From an uncultured Acidimicrobiaceae bacterium (GTDB lineage: Bacteria; Actinomycetota; Acidimicrobiia; Acidimicrobiales; Bog-793): a stretch of DNA of 64,000 nt. The stretch's first letter is position 1, and each line of letters begins with the position of its first letter. The notes under the pieces are model-generated. The model saw only the letters and a list, made by a program, of their open reading frames with translations, did not search any database and was not told the origin of the DNA. Where the stretch lies: contig CAVRYE010000008.1 of NCBI GenBank assembly GCA_963725355.1, forward strand, positions 31,785 to 95,784, read 5' to 3'. Below, in pieces: positions 8,254-17,550 of this stretch. Made by a program: the position numbers and the translations under genes.

Positions 8254-9855
8254 CTAGGCGAGGGCGACGAGGTCACCGAGGTCGTCACTCCAGGTGTCCT
8301 CCACCCCGTCGGGCATGAGGACGACGCGCTCTGGGGCGAGGGCCTGGACGGCTCCCGGGTCGTGGGTGACAAGGACGATTGCGCCGGAGTAGGTGTGCAG
8401 GGCCTTCAGCACCTCACCGCGGCTCGCAGGATCGAGGTTGTTCGTCGGCTCGTCCAACAAGAGCACGTTCGCCGCCGAGACGACGAGGGTGGCAAGGGCG
8501 AGCCGGGTCTTCTCCCCACCCGACAAGGTGCCGGCCAGCTGATCGATGCGGCTGCCGCCGAAGAGGAAGGACCCGAGCACTCGCCGGAGCTCCGCGTCGG
8601 TGACGGCTGGGGGCGAGGTGTGGCGCACATTCTCGTAGACCGACATCGACGGGTCCAAGGTCTCGTGTTCCTGGGCGTAGTAGCCGAGCTTCAACCCGTG
8701 CCCGGGAAGGACCTCGCCGGCGTCGGGTCTCTCGATCCCAGACAGCACGCGCAAGAGCGTTGTCTTACCGGCACCGTTCAGGCCCAAGATGACCACCCGG
8801 CTGCCCCGGTCTATGGCGAGGTCGATGCCGGAGAAGACCTCCAAAGAGCCGTACGACTTCGTCAGGCCGGTAGCGCTGAGAGGGGTCTTGCCGCACGGCG
8901 ACGGAGCGGGGAACCGCAGCTTGGCGACCTTGTCCGAGCGCCGGACCTCTTCGAGACCCTCGGTGAGACGTGCGGCTCGCCGGTCAAGGTTGTGCGCCAT
9001 GCGGGCCTTGGTGGCTTTGGCTCGCATCCGGTCGGCCTGGGCGTGCAGCTCCACGACCTTGCGCTCGGCATTCGCCCGCTCGCGGCGACGCCGGCGCTCG
9101 TCGGTGGCCAGCTGGTCCAAGTAGGCCTTCCAACCGAGGCGGTAGACGTCGAGCTGAGTCCGCGTGGCGTCGAGATGGAAAACCTTGTTCACGACCGAGT
9201 CGAGTAGGTCACCGTCGTGGCTGATCACCATGAGCCCGCCACCGTGGCCGCGCAGGAAATTGCGCAGCCAGGCAATCGAGTCGGCATCGAGGTGGTTCGT
9301 CGGCTCGTCGAGTATCAAGGTGGGAGCCCCGGAGAAGAGCACCCGCGAGAGCTCGACTCTGCGTCTTTGACCACCCGAGAGCGTGCCCAGCTGCTGGGTG
9401 AGCACCCTTTCGGGAAGCCCCAGGCTGGAGGCTATCGAGCCGGCCTCGGCCTCGGCCGCCCAACCTCCGAGAAGATGGAACTGCTCTTCGAGGCGTGAGT
9501 AGCGGCTGAGGACCTTGTTCTGCTGTTCTTCATCACCCCGACCCATGGCCAGGCGGGCTGCTTGCATGTCGTGCACGACACGGTCGAGGCCCCGTGCTCC
9601 GAGGATTCGGTCGCGGGCGATGACGCTCAAGTCACCGGTGCGGGGATCCTGGGGCAGGTAGGCCACAGCCGAAGTCCGCCGCACCGTCCCAGCGGCCGGG
9701 AGGGACTCGCCTGCGAGAACTCTGGCGAGGGTGGTCTTACCGGCGCCGTTACGCCCGACCAGGCCGATCCGGTCCCCGGGCGCGACCTGAAAGGTCACCG
9801 GCTCGAGGAGCTGGCGACCGCCGGCCGTGAGCTCGAGATCAGTGGCGGTGATCAT
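8254..9855 (-). CDS. ABC-F family ATPase (two fused ABC domains, no TM domain)
   Basis: 533 aa. Walker A GRNGAGKTT and GLNGAGKTT; signatures LSGGQRRRV and LSGGEKTRL. A charged inter-domain linker (DERRRRRERANAERKVVELHAQADRMRAKATKA) is typical of ABC-F translation factors and resistance proteins. Confidence 0.9.
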   Translation of the reverse strand: MITATDLELTAGGRQLLEPVTFQVAPGDRIGLVGRNGAGKTTLARVLAGESLPAAGTVRRTSAVAYLPQDPRTGDLSVIARDRILGARGLDRVVHDMQAARLAMGRGDEEQQNKVLSRYSRLEEQFHLLGGWAAEAEAGSIASSLGLPERVLTQQLGTLSGGQRRRVELSRVLFSGAPTLILDEPTNHLDADSIAWLRNFLRGHGGGLMVISHDGDLLDSVVNKVFHLDATRTQLDVYRLGWKAYLDQLATDERRRRRERANAERKVVELHAQADRMRAKATKARMAHNLDRRAARLTEGLEEVRRSDKVAKLRFPAPSPCGKTPLSATGLTKSYGSLEVFSGIDLAIDRGSRVVILGLNGAGKTTLLRVLSGIERPDAGEVLPGHGLKLGYYAQEHETLDPSMSVYENVRHTSPPAVTDAELRRVLGSFLFGGSRIDQLAGTLSGGEKTRLALATLVVSAANVLLLDEPTNNLDPASRGEVLKALHTYSGAIVLVTHDPGAVQALAPERVVLMPDGVEDTWSDDLGDLVALA

Positions 9856-10110
9856 GAAAGGGTGGATCCGTTCGATGGGAAAAGGCGTCGGTACCGCGGA
9901 AGGTCGCGACCGACGAAGGTAGCCTGCCCGAACCTGCGCGGACTACCAGACCAATAGCGTAAAGCCCCTAAGAGCAACCTCAGGTCGTGAGTCTCTGAGA
10001 AAGACTCCTAGCCAGACAGTGCGAATGGGCACCTGTGAGCCAGCGACGCCTCTGCTGGCGCAAATCGTCGGTAGCCTGAGCCGGATGCCCGACCCGTCAT
10101 ACAGAAGGCC

Positions 10111-10962
10111 GTGAGCCCGCTCGAAGGACCAGGCCCGGTGGCCCTGGTGGGAAGTGGTGAATTCCTGCAGGTGATGGCACCAATCGATGCAGAGCTGCTG
10201 GAGGGGCGTCCCCGCCGGGCCGTGTTCCTGCCGACCGCCGCTGGCGAAGAAGGACCCGAGCGGGTGCGCTACTGGGTCGAGCTGGGCACAACGCATTATC
10301 GAGCCATGGGCGTCGAGCCCGTGGCGCTCGAAGTGCTCGATCGCAAGGACGCCGGTCGCCCAGAGCTGGCGGCAAAACTCGCCGGCGCTGGACTCATCTA
10401 CCTCTCGGGCGGCAATCCTGGCTACCTCGCCCACACCCTGGCGGGAACCCCGGTCTGGGAGGCGATCCTCGAGGCCTGGCACGCCGGCGCCGCCCTCGCC
10501 GGCTGCTCGGCGGGGGCCTGTGCCCTCAGTCGAATCGCCGACGACTTCGCCCGTCCGGGCCGCTACAGCGGCGCTGGTCTCGCCGTCGTCCCGCAACTGG
10601 TGGTCCTGCCCCACTTCGACCGTCTAGAGCGCTGGCGCCCGGGACTGACCGAGACCATGGCTGGGCGGACTCCGAAAGACGCCGTCCTCGTCGGCATCGA
10701 CGAGGAGACGGCTCTCGTAGGCCATGGTGAAAGCTTCATAGTGCGCGGCAAGAGATCGGCCTGGCGCATCGACCGCGATGGACTCGCTGGCAGTTCAAGG
10801 CGGGCGAGCTGTTCAATCCTTCTTCTGGTGCCCCTCCGGCGGCAGGGTTACCTCGTCGTGCCGCTCAGCCCTACGCGGACCCGGAGCGAAACCACGGGCA
10901 GCAGGCAGATCGCAGTCAGGATCACCCGCTCGGTCGATGATGGCTTTCGCCTCGCTGGCTAA
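10111..10962 (+). CDS. Peptidase S51 (cyanophycinase / dipeptidase E-like) family protein
   Basis: VALVGSGEF…FLPTAAGEE…IYLSGGNPGYL…LAGCSAGACAL match the S51 fold with the nucleophile Ser in SGGN. The last ~60 aa are low-complexity, so the 3' end is doubtful and may hide another frameshift near 10780. Confidence 0.6.
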   Translation: MSPLEGPGPVALVGSGEFLQVMAPIDAELLEGRPRRAVFLPTAAGEEGPERVRYWVELGTTHYRAMGVEPVALEVLDRKDAGRPELAAKLAGAGLIYLSGGNPGYLAHTLAGTPVWEAILEAWHAGAALAGCSAGACALSRIADDFARPGRYSGAGLAVVPQLVVLPHFDRLERWRPGLTETMAGRTPKDAVLVGIDEETALVGHGESFIVRGKRSAWRIDRDGLAGSSRRASCSILLLVPLRRQGYLVVPLSPTRTRSETTGSRQIAVRITRSVDDGFRLAG

Positions 10963-11430
10963 GCACTCCCGCTCTCGCCCGGTTTGGAGAGCTGTCCTTG
11001 TTCGCAGCTGAGGCTCAGCTCGACTCGGGCGGCTCTGTGGCCTTCACGGGCCGGCGGCACTCAGGTGGTGGCTCCTGAGCGCCGCCGTACCCGGCGGAAC
11101 CGTTGGCTGGTGGCTCCAAGGTGGAAGGAACGGTGGCCGGCGTTGCGGCCCATAGCCTGCCGGTGGCAAGTGTCAGACGATGGGGTTCGATCAAAACCCT
11201 CCAGCTAGGTCTTGCTCACGCCCGCGCCTTTGATCTCTTGGCCGGTACGAACGCTTGATGGGTTGATCGACTGGACATCGGGCTCGAATTGACCTAGATC
11301 ACCCCGGCGCTCACCTTTGCCTCACCTCGGACCCTCGCCTGTCGCTGGGCTAGGGCCACAGTGGCGAGCCCCGCCTTTTGGCCGAGTTGTGGCGCTGCAG
11401 CACCGTGGGCCGCCTCGGTACGCTTCGGGC

Positions 11431-11928
11431 GTGGAACTGGTCGTCGATCGCGTCCCTACAAGCGCCAGCTACCCGCTCAGACAGGCGGTGCTCAGGCCGC
11501 ACCAGGACCTCGAGGCGGTGGTCTGGGAAGGAGACGACGAACCCGATACGGCGACCTTTGCCGCTTTTGAGCCTGAAGGTGGCGCCATCGTCGGTGTGGC
11601 GACGGTGTTTCCCGAGGCCGCGCCATTTGCGCCTGATGCCGTCGGGCTCGACGCGTCCTATGGCATGGAGAATCGAGCCTGGCGCTTACGGGGGATGGCA
11701 ACTGCTGAGGGCCTGCGCAACCAGGGAATCGGGTCGATGGTCCTCAAGGCCGTCTCGGACGACGTTGCCTCCCGAGGTGGTCGTCTCCTCTGGTGCAACG
11801 CTCGTGTGGGTGCTGTCGCCTTTTACGAGCAGGCGGGCTTCGCCACCTTCGGAGACGAGTGGGTGCTGGCCTCGATCGGGCCGCACATCGTCATGTGGCG
11901 GCGGGTCGATCAGGAGGAGACGAGATGA
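11431..11928 (+). CDS. GNAT-family acetyltransferase
   Basis: ORF 11317..11928. In-frame GTG at 11431 (VELVVDRV…) gives a typical ~165-aa GNAT. Motif WRLRGMATAEGLRNQGIGSMVLKAV and C-terminal AVAFYEQAGF. The stop overlaps the next gene start (ATGA). Confidence 0.65.
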   Translation: MELVVDRVPTSASYPLRQAVLRPHQDLEAVVWEGDDEPDTATFAAFEPEGGAIVGVATVFPEAAPFAPDAVGLDASYGMENRAWRLRGMATAEGLRNQGIGSMVLKAVSDDVASRGGRLLWCNARVGAVAFYEQAGFATFGDEWVLASIGPHIVMWRRVDQEETR

Positions 11929-13271
11929 CTGGCGAGTTTGAGGTGCGAGACCCCGAGGCGGTCGACCTGCTCCAACAGATGATCCGCAACGCCTGTGTCA
12001 ACGACGGCAGCGACGGGTCCGGTCATGAGGCGGTGAATGCCGAGTTGCTGCGCTCCGAGCTCGAAGACTCGGGCTGCGATCTCGAAAGCTTCGAACCCCT
12101 CCCCGGCAGGGTCTCGCTCGTGGCGCGTATTGAGGGGAGCGACCCCGCAGCGCCCTCGCTGTGCTACCTCGGCCACACAGACGTCGTGCCCGTGAACCCG
12201 GACACTTGGAGCCGCGACCCCTTCGGCGGTGAGCTCGTCGAGGGCGAGGTCTGGGGCCGGGGCGCTGTCGACATGCTCAACATCACCGCCGCGATGTCCA
12301 TTGCCTTCTCTCGCCTGGCCCGGAGCGGCTTTCACCCCCGGGGCACGCTGATTCTTGCCGCGGTCGCCGACGAGGAGGCGCTCGGGACCCATGGCGCCGC
12401 CTGGCTGAGCGAGCACGCAAGCTCGGCCGTCAAGGCCGATTACGTGATCACCGAGGAGGGGGGCGTTCCGATCGAGACCGCCGGCGGCCGGCGCCTCGCC
12501 ATCACCGTCGGTGAGAAGGGGAGCTGCTGGTGCCGCATCAGGGTGCACGGCGTGGCGGGGCACGCCTCGGCGCCGCTTCGCACCGACAACGCCCTCGTCA
12601 CCGCCGCCGAGGTCATCGGACGCCTGGCGGCGTTCCGACCGCCTGCGATGGTGCATGAGTCATGGCGCCGTTTCGTGGGGGCGATGTCGCTGCCGGACGA
12701 GGTCGCCGCAATGCTCGTTGATCCCGGGGAAATCGACGGTGTCTGTGACTCGCTCCCCGATGCCGGCTTCGCCCGCCAGGCGCACGCCCTCACCCACATG
12801 ACCATCGCCCCGACCATCGTGAGGGGTGGCGCGAAGCTGAACATCATCCCTGACAAGGTGGACATCGACATCGACGTGCGCACCCTCCCCGGCCAGCGGG
12901 AGCCTGAGGTGCGCGCCTTGCTTACCGCAGCCATCGGCGACCTCGCTGAGAAGGTGGAGATCCTCTGGGCACACGACGATCCCGCCAGCGAGTCGCCCAT
13001 CGGCACACCGCTTTGGGACGAGCTCGACGCCATGGTGCGGCGGTTCCATCCAGGAGCACAGAGCGTCCCTCACTTCTCGGCGGGCGCCACCGACGGCCGC
13101 TTCTTCCGCCGGCGCGGCTCGGTCGCCTACGGCTTTGGGATGTTCTCGGACCGGATCAGCTTCGACCGGTTCCTCTCGATGTTCCACGGCGACGACGAGC
13201 GCGTCGACGTCGAGTCAGTGGCCCTTTCGGCCGAGATGTTCGAGTCCCTGCCGAGGTCTTTCCTCGCCTGA
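11925..13271 (+). CDS. M20-family metallopeptidase (ArgE/DapE/ACY1-like)
   Basis: ATG 11925 preceded by AGGAGGAG. Motifs LGHTDVVPV and GRGAVDMLN, plus a dimerisation-domain-like middle region; 448 aa. Confidence 0.85.
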   Translation: MTGEFEVRDPEAVDLLQQMIRNACVNDGSDGSGHEAVNAELLRSELEDSGCDLESFEPLPGRVSLVARIEGSDPAAPSLCYLGHTDVVPVNPDTWSRDPFGGELVEGEVWGRGAVDMLNITAAMSIAFSRLARSGFHPRGTLILAAVADEEALGTHGAAWLSEHASSAVKADYVITEEGGVPIETAGGRRLAITVGEKGSCWCRIRVHGVAGHASAPLRTDNALVTAAEVIGRLAAFRPPAMVHESWRRFVGAMSLPDEVAAMLVDPGEIDGVCDSLPDAGFARQAHALTHMTIAPTIVRGGAKLNIIPDKVDIDIDVRTLPGQREPEVRALLTAAIGDLAEKVEILWAHDDPASESPIGTPLWDELDAMVRRFHPGAQSVPHFSAGATDGRFFRRRGSVAYGFGMFSDRISFDRFLSMFHGDDERVDVESVALSAEMFESLPRSFLA

Positions 13272-13281
13272 GAGCGTCGGC

Positions 13282-14303
13282 TCAGGTATCGATGTCGTCG
13301 TCGTCGACGTCGGGGCCGTTATCGCTGTCGACGTCGAGCCAGGTGGCAAAGCGGCTTACGACTTGCTGCACGCCGCCACCGACCCGCTCGGCCATCTTGG
13401 CAAAGCGCCGCCTGTAGTGCTTGAGGGCCGAGTCGAACTCGGCTGAAGGGGGCGGCTCCTGGCCGCGACGGAGTAGCCGCCCGAGCGCTGATGGTCGAAG
13501 TCGCCGGAAGCCACCCAGGCGACAAGCTCGCGGACCCTCCGGACGGGGAAGGGATGCGTGGCGCCGATCTCGTGCCAAAAGCGCGAGTAACGGGCAAAGG
13601 GATCGTCTTCCTCCTCGTACTCGGTCGCCTGGCGGATGAAAGCGTCGAGGTCAAGGCCCGGCACCGGACCGCCCGCCATGCGCATCAAGGTCCGACAGGT
13701 CAAAAGCGGGTCCCCCGTACCGAGGGCGCTCGCCCGGTCGGCGGTGAGCTCGGCTGCCCGGGACCACTCGAGCAAGGCGTAGTAGACCGCCCGCAGGGGC
13801 AGGCCGGTGAAAGGTGTTGCCGCCAGCGCGCCGCTGAGGATCCACTCCACGAGCTTGAGCGTTGTCAGCAGGCTCACGTGGTCGGCGAGAACGTGGCCCA
13901 TCTCGTGGGCTAGCACGGCGTGAAGCTCGTCGTTGTCGAACGAGCTGGCAAGGCCCGAGGAGATGAGCGTCACCGGCTCATTGGCGCCGATGGTCGAGCC
14001 GTTGCCAACCGGGAACTGAGTCACATAAAGGGCCGGGCACGGGGTGATGTCGAAAGTGTGGGCAGCTCCGCGCTGCATTGCCCACACCTTGGGCAGCTGG
14101 TCCTCGCCGAGGCGGACAGAGTTTCCCAGCATCAGCTGGCGAGCCACGCGTCGATAGCTCGCCTCGGTGAGCTTTTTGATCACTCGGTCCAACATGGGCA
14201 CGCTGTGCAAAGCCGCCGCCGCCGCCCGATCGGCAGGATGGGCGAAGCCCTGGGCAGAGATCTCCGGATAGCTGAGCGCTGTTTCTATCGCCATGGCGGG
14301 CAC
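13282..14303 (-). pseudogene. M48-family zinc metallopeptidase with apparent frameshift near 13470-13472
   Basis: ORF 13356..14303 carries HEMGH (LAHEMGHVLADH). After …ASGDFDHQRSGGY the conserved tail (RRGQEPPPSAEFDSALKHYRRRFAKMAERV…DDDDIDT*) continues in the frame of ORF 13282..13578. A single missing base joins them. Confidence 0.75.
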
Positions 14304-14359
14304 CTCCCCTTCGCGGCGAAGTCTCTCACTCGCCGGGCCTTGGTGGTTCTGCGCCCGAC

Positions 14360-15087
14360 TCAGATGCCGGGGGGAAGATCCCCCCTTACGAGCACTGGCG
14401 TGGTCGGCACCGGCGTGCCTCCGAGCGGCTCGGCGGTGATCATGAGAACGGTCATGTAGGGCTCTAGGCGAAGCGGGGACGGGCTCGGGCCGAGCACGCC
14501 GAGCGACACGACCTTGCCCCGGGAGAGAGCCCAGAGCTGGAAGGTCTGCGACCGGGCGATGGCGGGCATGGAGGGGTTGATCAAATAGCCCTGCCCCTGG
14601 GAAACCACGACGGTGGCCTCCCAGCTCGGGTGCGCGGCCGAGGTGAGCTGGACGGTCGTGTGCGTCGGGTCGGCGAGCACGCTCGACACTGTCGCCTGTT
14701 GGTTGAGCTGGTGCACTTGCTGGTCCAAGTTGAGCACCTTCTCGCGCCGAGTAGGCCGACGACGATGATGAGGGCAGCGGCTATGGCCCCGACGGGGGCG
14801 GCCACGGCGAAGCGTGGCCGCAGCCGGCGTCGCGTCGCCAGGGCTGAAAGGGCGGGCGGCTCGTCTTGCAGTGACGACGCGATCTTGTCCCAGACCTCGT
14901 CTGGGGCACTGGCCGGGGACTCGACGGCGGCATTGCCCAACAGCGCCGCCACCTCTCGGTGCGCGGCAAGCTCGGCCCTGCATCTCGGGCAGCTGGCGAG
15001 GTGCTCGTCGACCTCGTTGCGCTCTTGGTCGTCTAGAGCATCGAGGGCATAGACGCCGAGGAGCTCTTCGATCTGTTCATGGTTCAT
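14360..15087 (-). pseudogene. Anti-sigma factor (zf-HC2 N-domain, TM helix, RskA-like extracytoplasmic domain) with apparent frameshift near 14743-14748
   Basis: ORF 14581..15087: HLASCPRCRAELAAH zinc motif and TM FAVAAPVGAIAAALIIVVGLLGA. The RskA-type C-domain (…TFQLWALSRGKVVSLGVLGP…) continues in the frame of ORF 14360..14983. Start ATG 15087 overlaps the sigma stop (ATGA). Confidence 0.75.
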
Positions 15088-15716
15088 GATTGCTCGCCCT
15101 TGAGGCCGAGACCGGAGACGGTGAGCTGACCATGCATTCGCTTCAGCCCGCTGCGGATCCTGCTTTTGACGGTGCCCTCCGGCTCACCGAGAATTGTCGC
15201 CACCTCCCGGTAGGTATGGCCGCGAAAGTAGGCCAGTTCGATCGGCCTGCGCTCGGTGTCCGGCAGGCCGCCCAGTACCTCACGTACCTGATCGGCGACG
15301 ATGATGTCTCCCACTTCGCGCTCGAGGTCGTAGCCGCCATGGGCGGTCTCGCGGGCTTCGCGCTCCTCCCTGCGGCGGCGGGACAGCTCCGAGCGCATCT
15401 GGTCCACCGCCCGCCCGTGCGCTTGAGCGAGCAGGTAGGAGCGCAGTGACCCTCGCTCGGGATCGAACCGGTCCGGAGCGTTCCACAGCCTCACGAAGAC
15501 CTCTTGCACAACCTCCTCGGCGGCCGCCTTTTCGTGCAGCAGGCGCCGGGCGAGGCCAAAGACGGCTCCCGCATGGCGACGGTATGCCTCCGCGAGCGTG
15601 TCCTCCCTGTAGCGGGCGATCGCAAGGGCAAGGTTGGCGTCGCTCGCGTTTGACAGTTCGGGTCTCACCTCATCAGGACTACGGAGCCGACGAGTCTCCA
15701 GATGACGTCGAGGCAC
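15084..15716 (-). CDS. ECF (group IV) sigma-70 factor
   Basis: Region 2 (VVQEVFVRLWNAPDRFDPERGSLRSYL) and region 4 (ELAYFRGHTYREVATILGEPEGTVKSRIRSGLKRM). Translationally coupled to the downstream anti-sigma gene. Exact start uncertain. Confidence 0.85.
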   Translation of the reverse strand: MPRRHLETRRLRSPDEVRPELSNASDANLALAIARYREDTLAEAYRRHAGAVFGLARRLLHEKAAAEEVVQEVFVRLWNAPDRFDPERGSLRSYLLAQAHGRAVDQMRSELSRRRREEREARETAHGGYDLEREVGDIIVADQVREVLGGLPDTERRPIELAYFRGHTYREVATILGEPEGTVKSRIRSGLKRMHGQLTVSGLGLKGEQS

Positions 15717-15832
15717 GCGGACAAGCTAATGGTGAGTGGCGGGGCGGCGCTGTGGTGATGTGCCCGTGTCCCCGATGAGGGAGGACGGCCGAACACGCCC
15801 GGCAGAGCTCGGGCGTCGGGCTGACCGCGGGA

Positions 15833-16285
15833 CTAGGACTTCTCCCCTTCTTCGGGAGTCTCCTCTGTATCTGAGGAGTAGCTACCGGTCGGGATGCCGC
15901 CCGAGAACTGGGGCACACCCCCACCACCGGGCACCGTCGTCGCCGAAGGCGCCGAGGCTTGGGGCGGAGTGTCGCCTGCACTAGACCCGGTCGGCACAAA
16001 GTTGCCGTCAGGTGCGGTCGCCGTCGCGGACGTCACGACGACCGGTCCGTGCTCTGCCTCGAACGAGCTGATCTCAGTTATCAGCTCGCTGTAGCGGGCG
16101 TCGGCCCCAGGCGCGGCACGGCCCGCCTGCTGGGTGTAGGCGATTCCGCCCAGCTCGAGCAAGAGGGCATCGGCGTGTTTTTTCGCCTGCATCTCCGAAA
16201 GCTTGGCCTGCCCCGCTTTGGCACCCTCTTGGGCCTTCTCGGCCAGCACCGTCGCCTGCGCCTTAACCTTGTCCATGAAACCCAT
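15833..16285 (-). CDS. Hypothetical protein (coiled-coil N-terminus, Pro/Ser/Thr/Gly-rich acidic tail)
   Basis: ATG 16285 preceded by GGAGG. MGFMDKVKAQATVLAEKAQEGAKAGQAKLSEMQAKKHADALLLELG… No family recognised. Confidence 0.5.
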   Translation of the reverse strand: MGFMDKVKAQATVLAEKAQEGAKAGQAKLSEMQAKKHADALLLELGGIAYTQQAGRAAPGADARYSELITEISSFEAEHGPVVVTSATATAPDGNFVPTGSSAGDTPPQASAPSATTVPGGGGVPQFSGGIPTGSYSSDTEETPEEGEKS

Positions 16286-16351
16286 GGCCCTGCCTCCGAT
16301 GAGATAGTGGCCGCTCACGGCCCCCTGGCTGTCAGAACGAGACTCTAGGCC

Positions 16352-16981
16352 GTGGAGCGCCTCGCGACCACGGGTGGCGCGCTCATGGGCAACGATGTAG
16401 GGGTGGATCGCTGTCAAGAGTGCCAGTTCGACTACGACGCCTTGGGCCCCGGAGCCGTGTCGGGCTCTTTGCGCTCGCTCGGAAGTCGCTTCGGGATGCG
16501 GGTCTCCAACGAGCGGGGGGACCCCGCACTGGCCCTGACCCTACGGACCCGCCCCGGACCGAGGATCTGGTCTGCGCTCGAGTACGCCTGCCATGTCCGC
16601 GACGTGTTCTTGGTACAGCGCGAGCGCCTCTACCTGACCCTGGTGGAGGACTGCCCTCGCTTCGCCCCCATGTACCGGGAGGAACGGGCGACGCTCGCTC
16701 GCTACGCGGCCGCGGAGCCTGCCGAAGTCGGCCGCGAGCTCAAGGTGGCGGCCGAGATGCTGGCCTTCGCCTTCGAAGGCCTCGACGACTCGCAGTGGCA
16801 ACGCCGCTGTATCTATAACTTCCCCGAGCCCGCCGAGCGGACGGTGCTCTGGTTGGGCCGCCACGCAGTGCACGAGGGCGAGCACCATCTCCATGACATC
16901 GACGCCGCTCTGCGCTCGGCGGCGGCAGGCATGCGGACGGGCTCGGCGCTGGCTGACCCGCGTACGCACACGATGACCTGA
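16352..16981 (+). CDS. DinB-like (DinB_2) metal-binding four-helix-bundle protein
   Basis: The pattern WSALEYACHVRD … LGRHAVHEGEHHLHDI is typical of the DinB/YfiT-like superfamily. The start may be at 16385. Confidence 0.6.
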   Translation: MERLATTGGALMGNDVGVDRCQECQFDYDALGPGAVSGSLRSLGSRFGMRVSNERGDPALALTLRTRPGPRIWSALEYACHVRDVFLVQRERLYLTLVEDCPRFAPMYREERATLARYAAAEPAEVGRELKVAAEMLAFAFEGLDDSQWQRRCIYNFPEPAERTVLWLGRHAVHEGEHHLHDIDAALRSAAAGMRTGSALADPRTHTMT

Positions 16982-17010
16982 GGGCGCGTTCCCCTCTTCT
17001 GAGGTCCCCC

Positions 17011-17550
17011 TCAGGCTCCGACGAGCTCGCGCCAGCGCGTGGCCTCGGACTCGAGCAGCTCGGCGACCTTTTCTGGCTTCAAGCGCAGGGTCTGTTCTGG
17101 GACCGAGTCGGCGAGAGACCTACGCACCCAGTAGTCGTGCGCAGCTCCGGCGAAGTGCTCCCGGCGCCACTCGAGCAGGTCCGCCGTCGGCCAGGTCCCC
17201 TCTTCGGCCACGAGGTACTTAAACAGCGCCAGAGCGAGCTCGATGTCAGAAGCGACCGGGGCCCGGCCGAAAAGCGACGCCCGGCGCAGGGCGATGGCGA
17301 CGGCACCGGCGAGGACGTCGTCTGCGTGCTCGTCGGGGTCGAGGCCGAGACGGTCCTTGAAGCGGCGCGCGAGCCCGAGGGCGTAGCCCTGGTCGGGCCC
17401 GGGGACGCCTAGGCCCACGACACGCCCGGTCTTGGGCGCCGGCCTGCTCTCGCCGGGGCGGTGCGGCACCCACGGTGCTGGGACCCCGAGCTGGTATCCC
17501 CCACGGACCTCGTTCTTTTCGAGGATGGGGGCGAACTTAGGCTGGGTCAC
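17011..17550 (-). CDS. Conserved hypothetical protein, translationally coupled to cimA
   Basis: 179-aa ORF. Its GTG start at 17550 overlaps the cimA stop (GTGA). No motif I can assign. Confidence 0.6.
   Translation of the reverse strand: MTQPKFAPILEKNEVRGGYQLGVPAPWVPHRPGESRPAPKTGRVVGLGVPGPDQGYALGLARRFKDRLGLDPDEHADDVLAGAVAIALRRASLFGRAPVASDIELALALFKYLVAEEGTWPTADLLEWRREHFAGAAHDYWVRRSLADSVPEQTLRLKPEKVAELLESEATRWRELVGA

Noticed and set aside
7921-9207. 428-aa plus-strand ORF
   Set aside because: Antisense shadow of the ABC-F ATPase gene.
11209-11316. CGAAC-containing stretch (GGTACGAACGCTTGATGG) as a second LexA box
   Set aside because: Only one half-site is present. There is no GTTCG partner at the N4 spacing.
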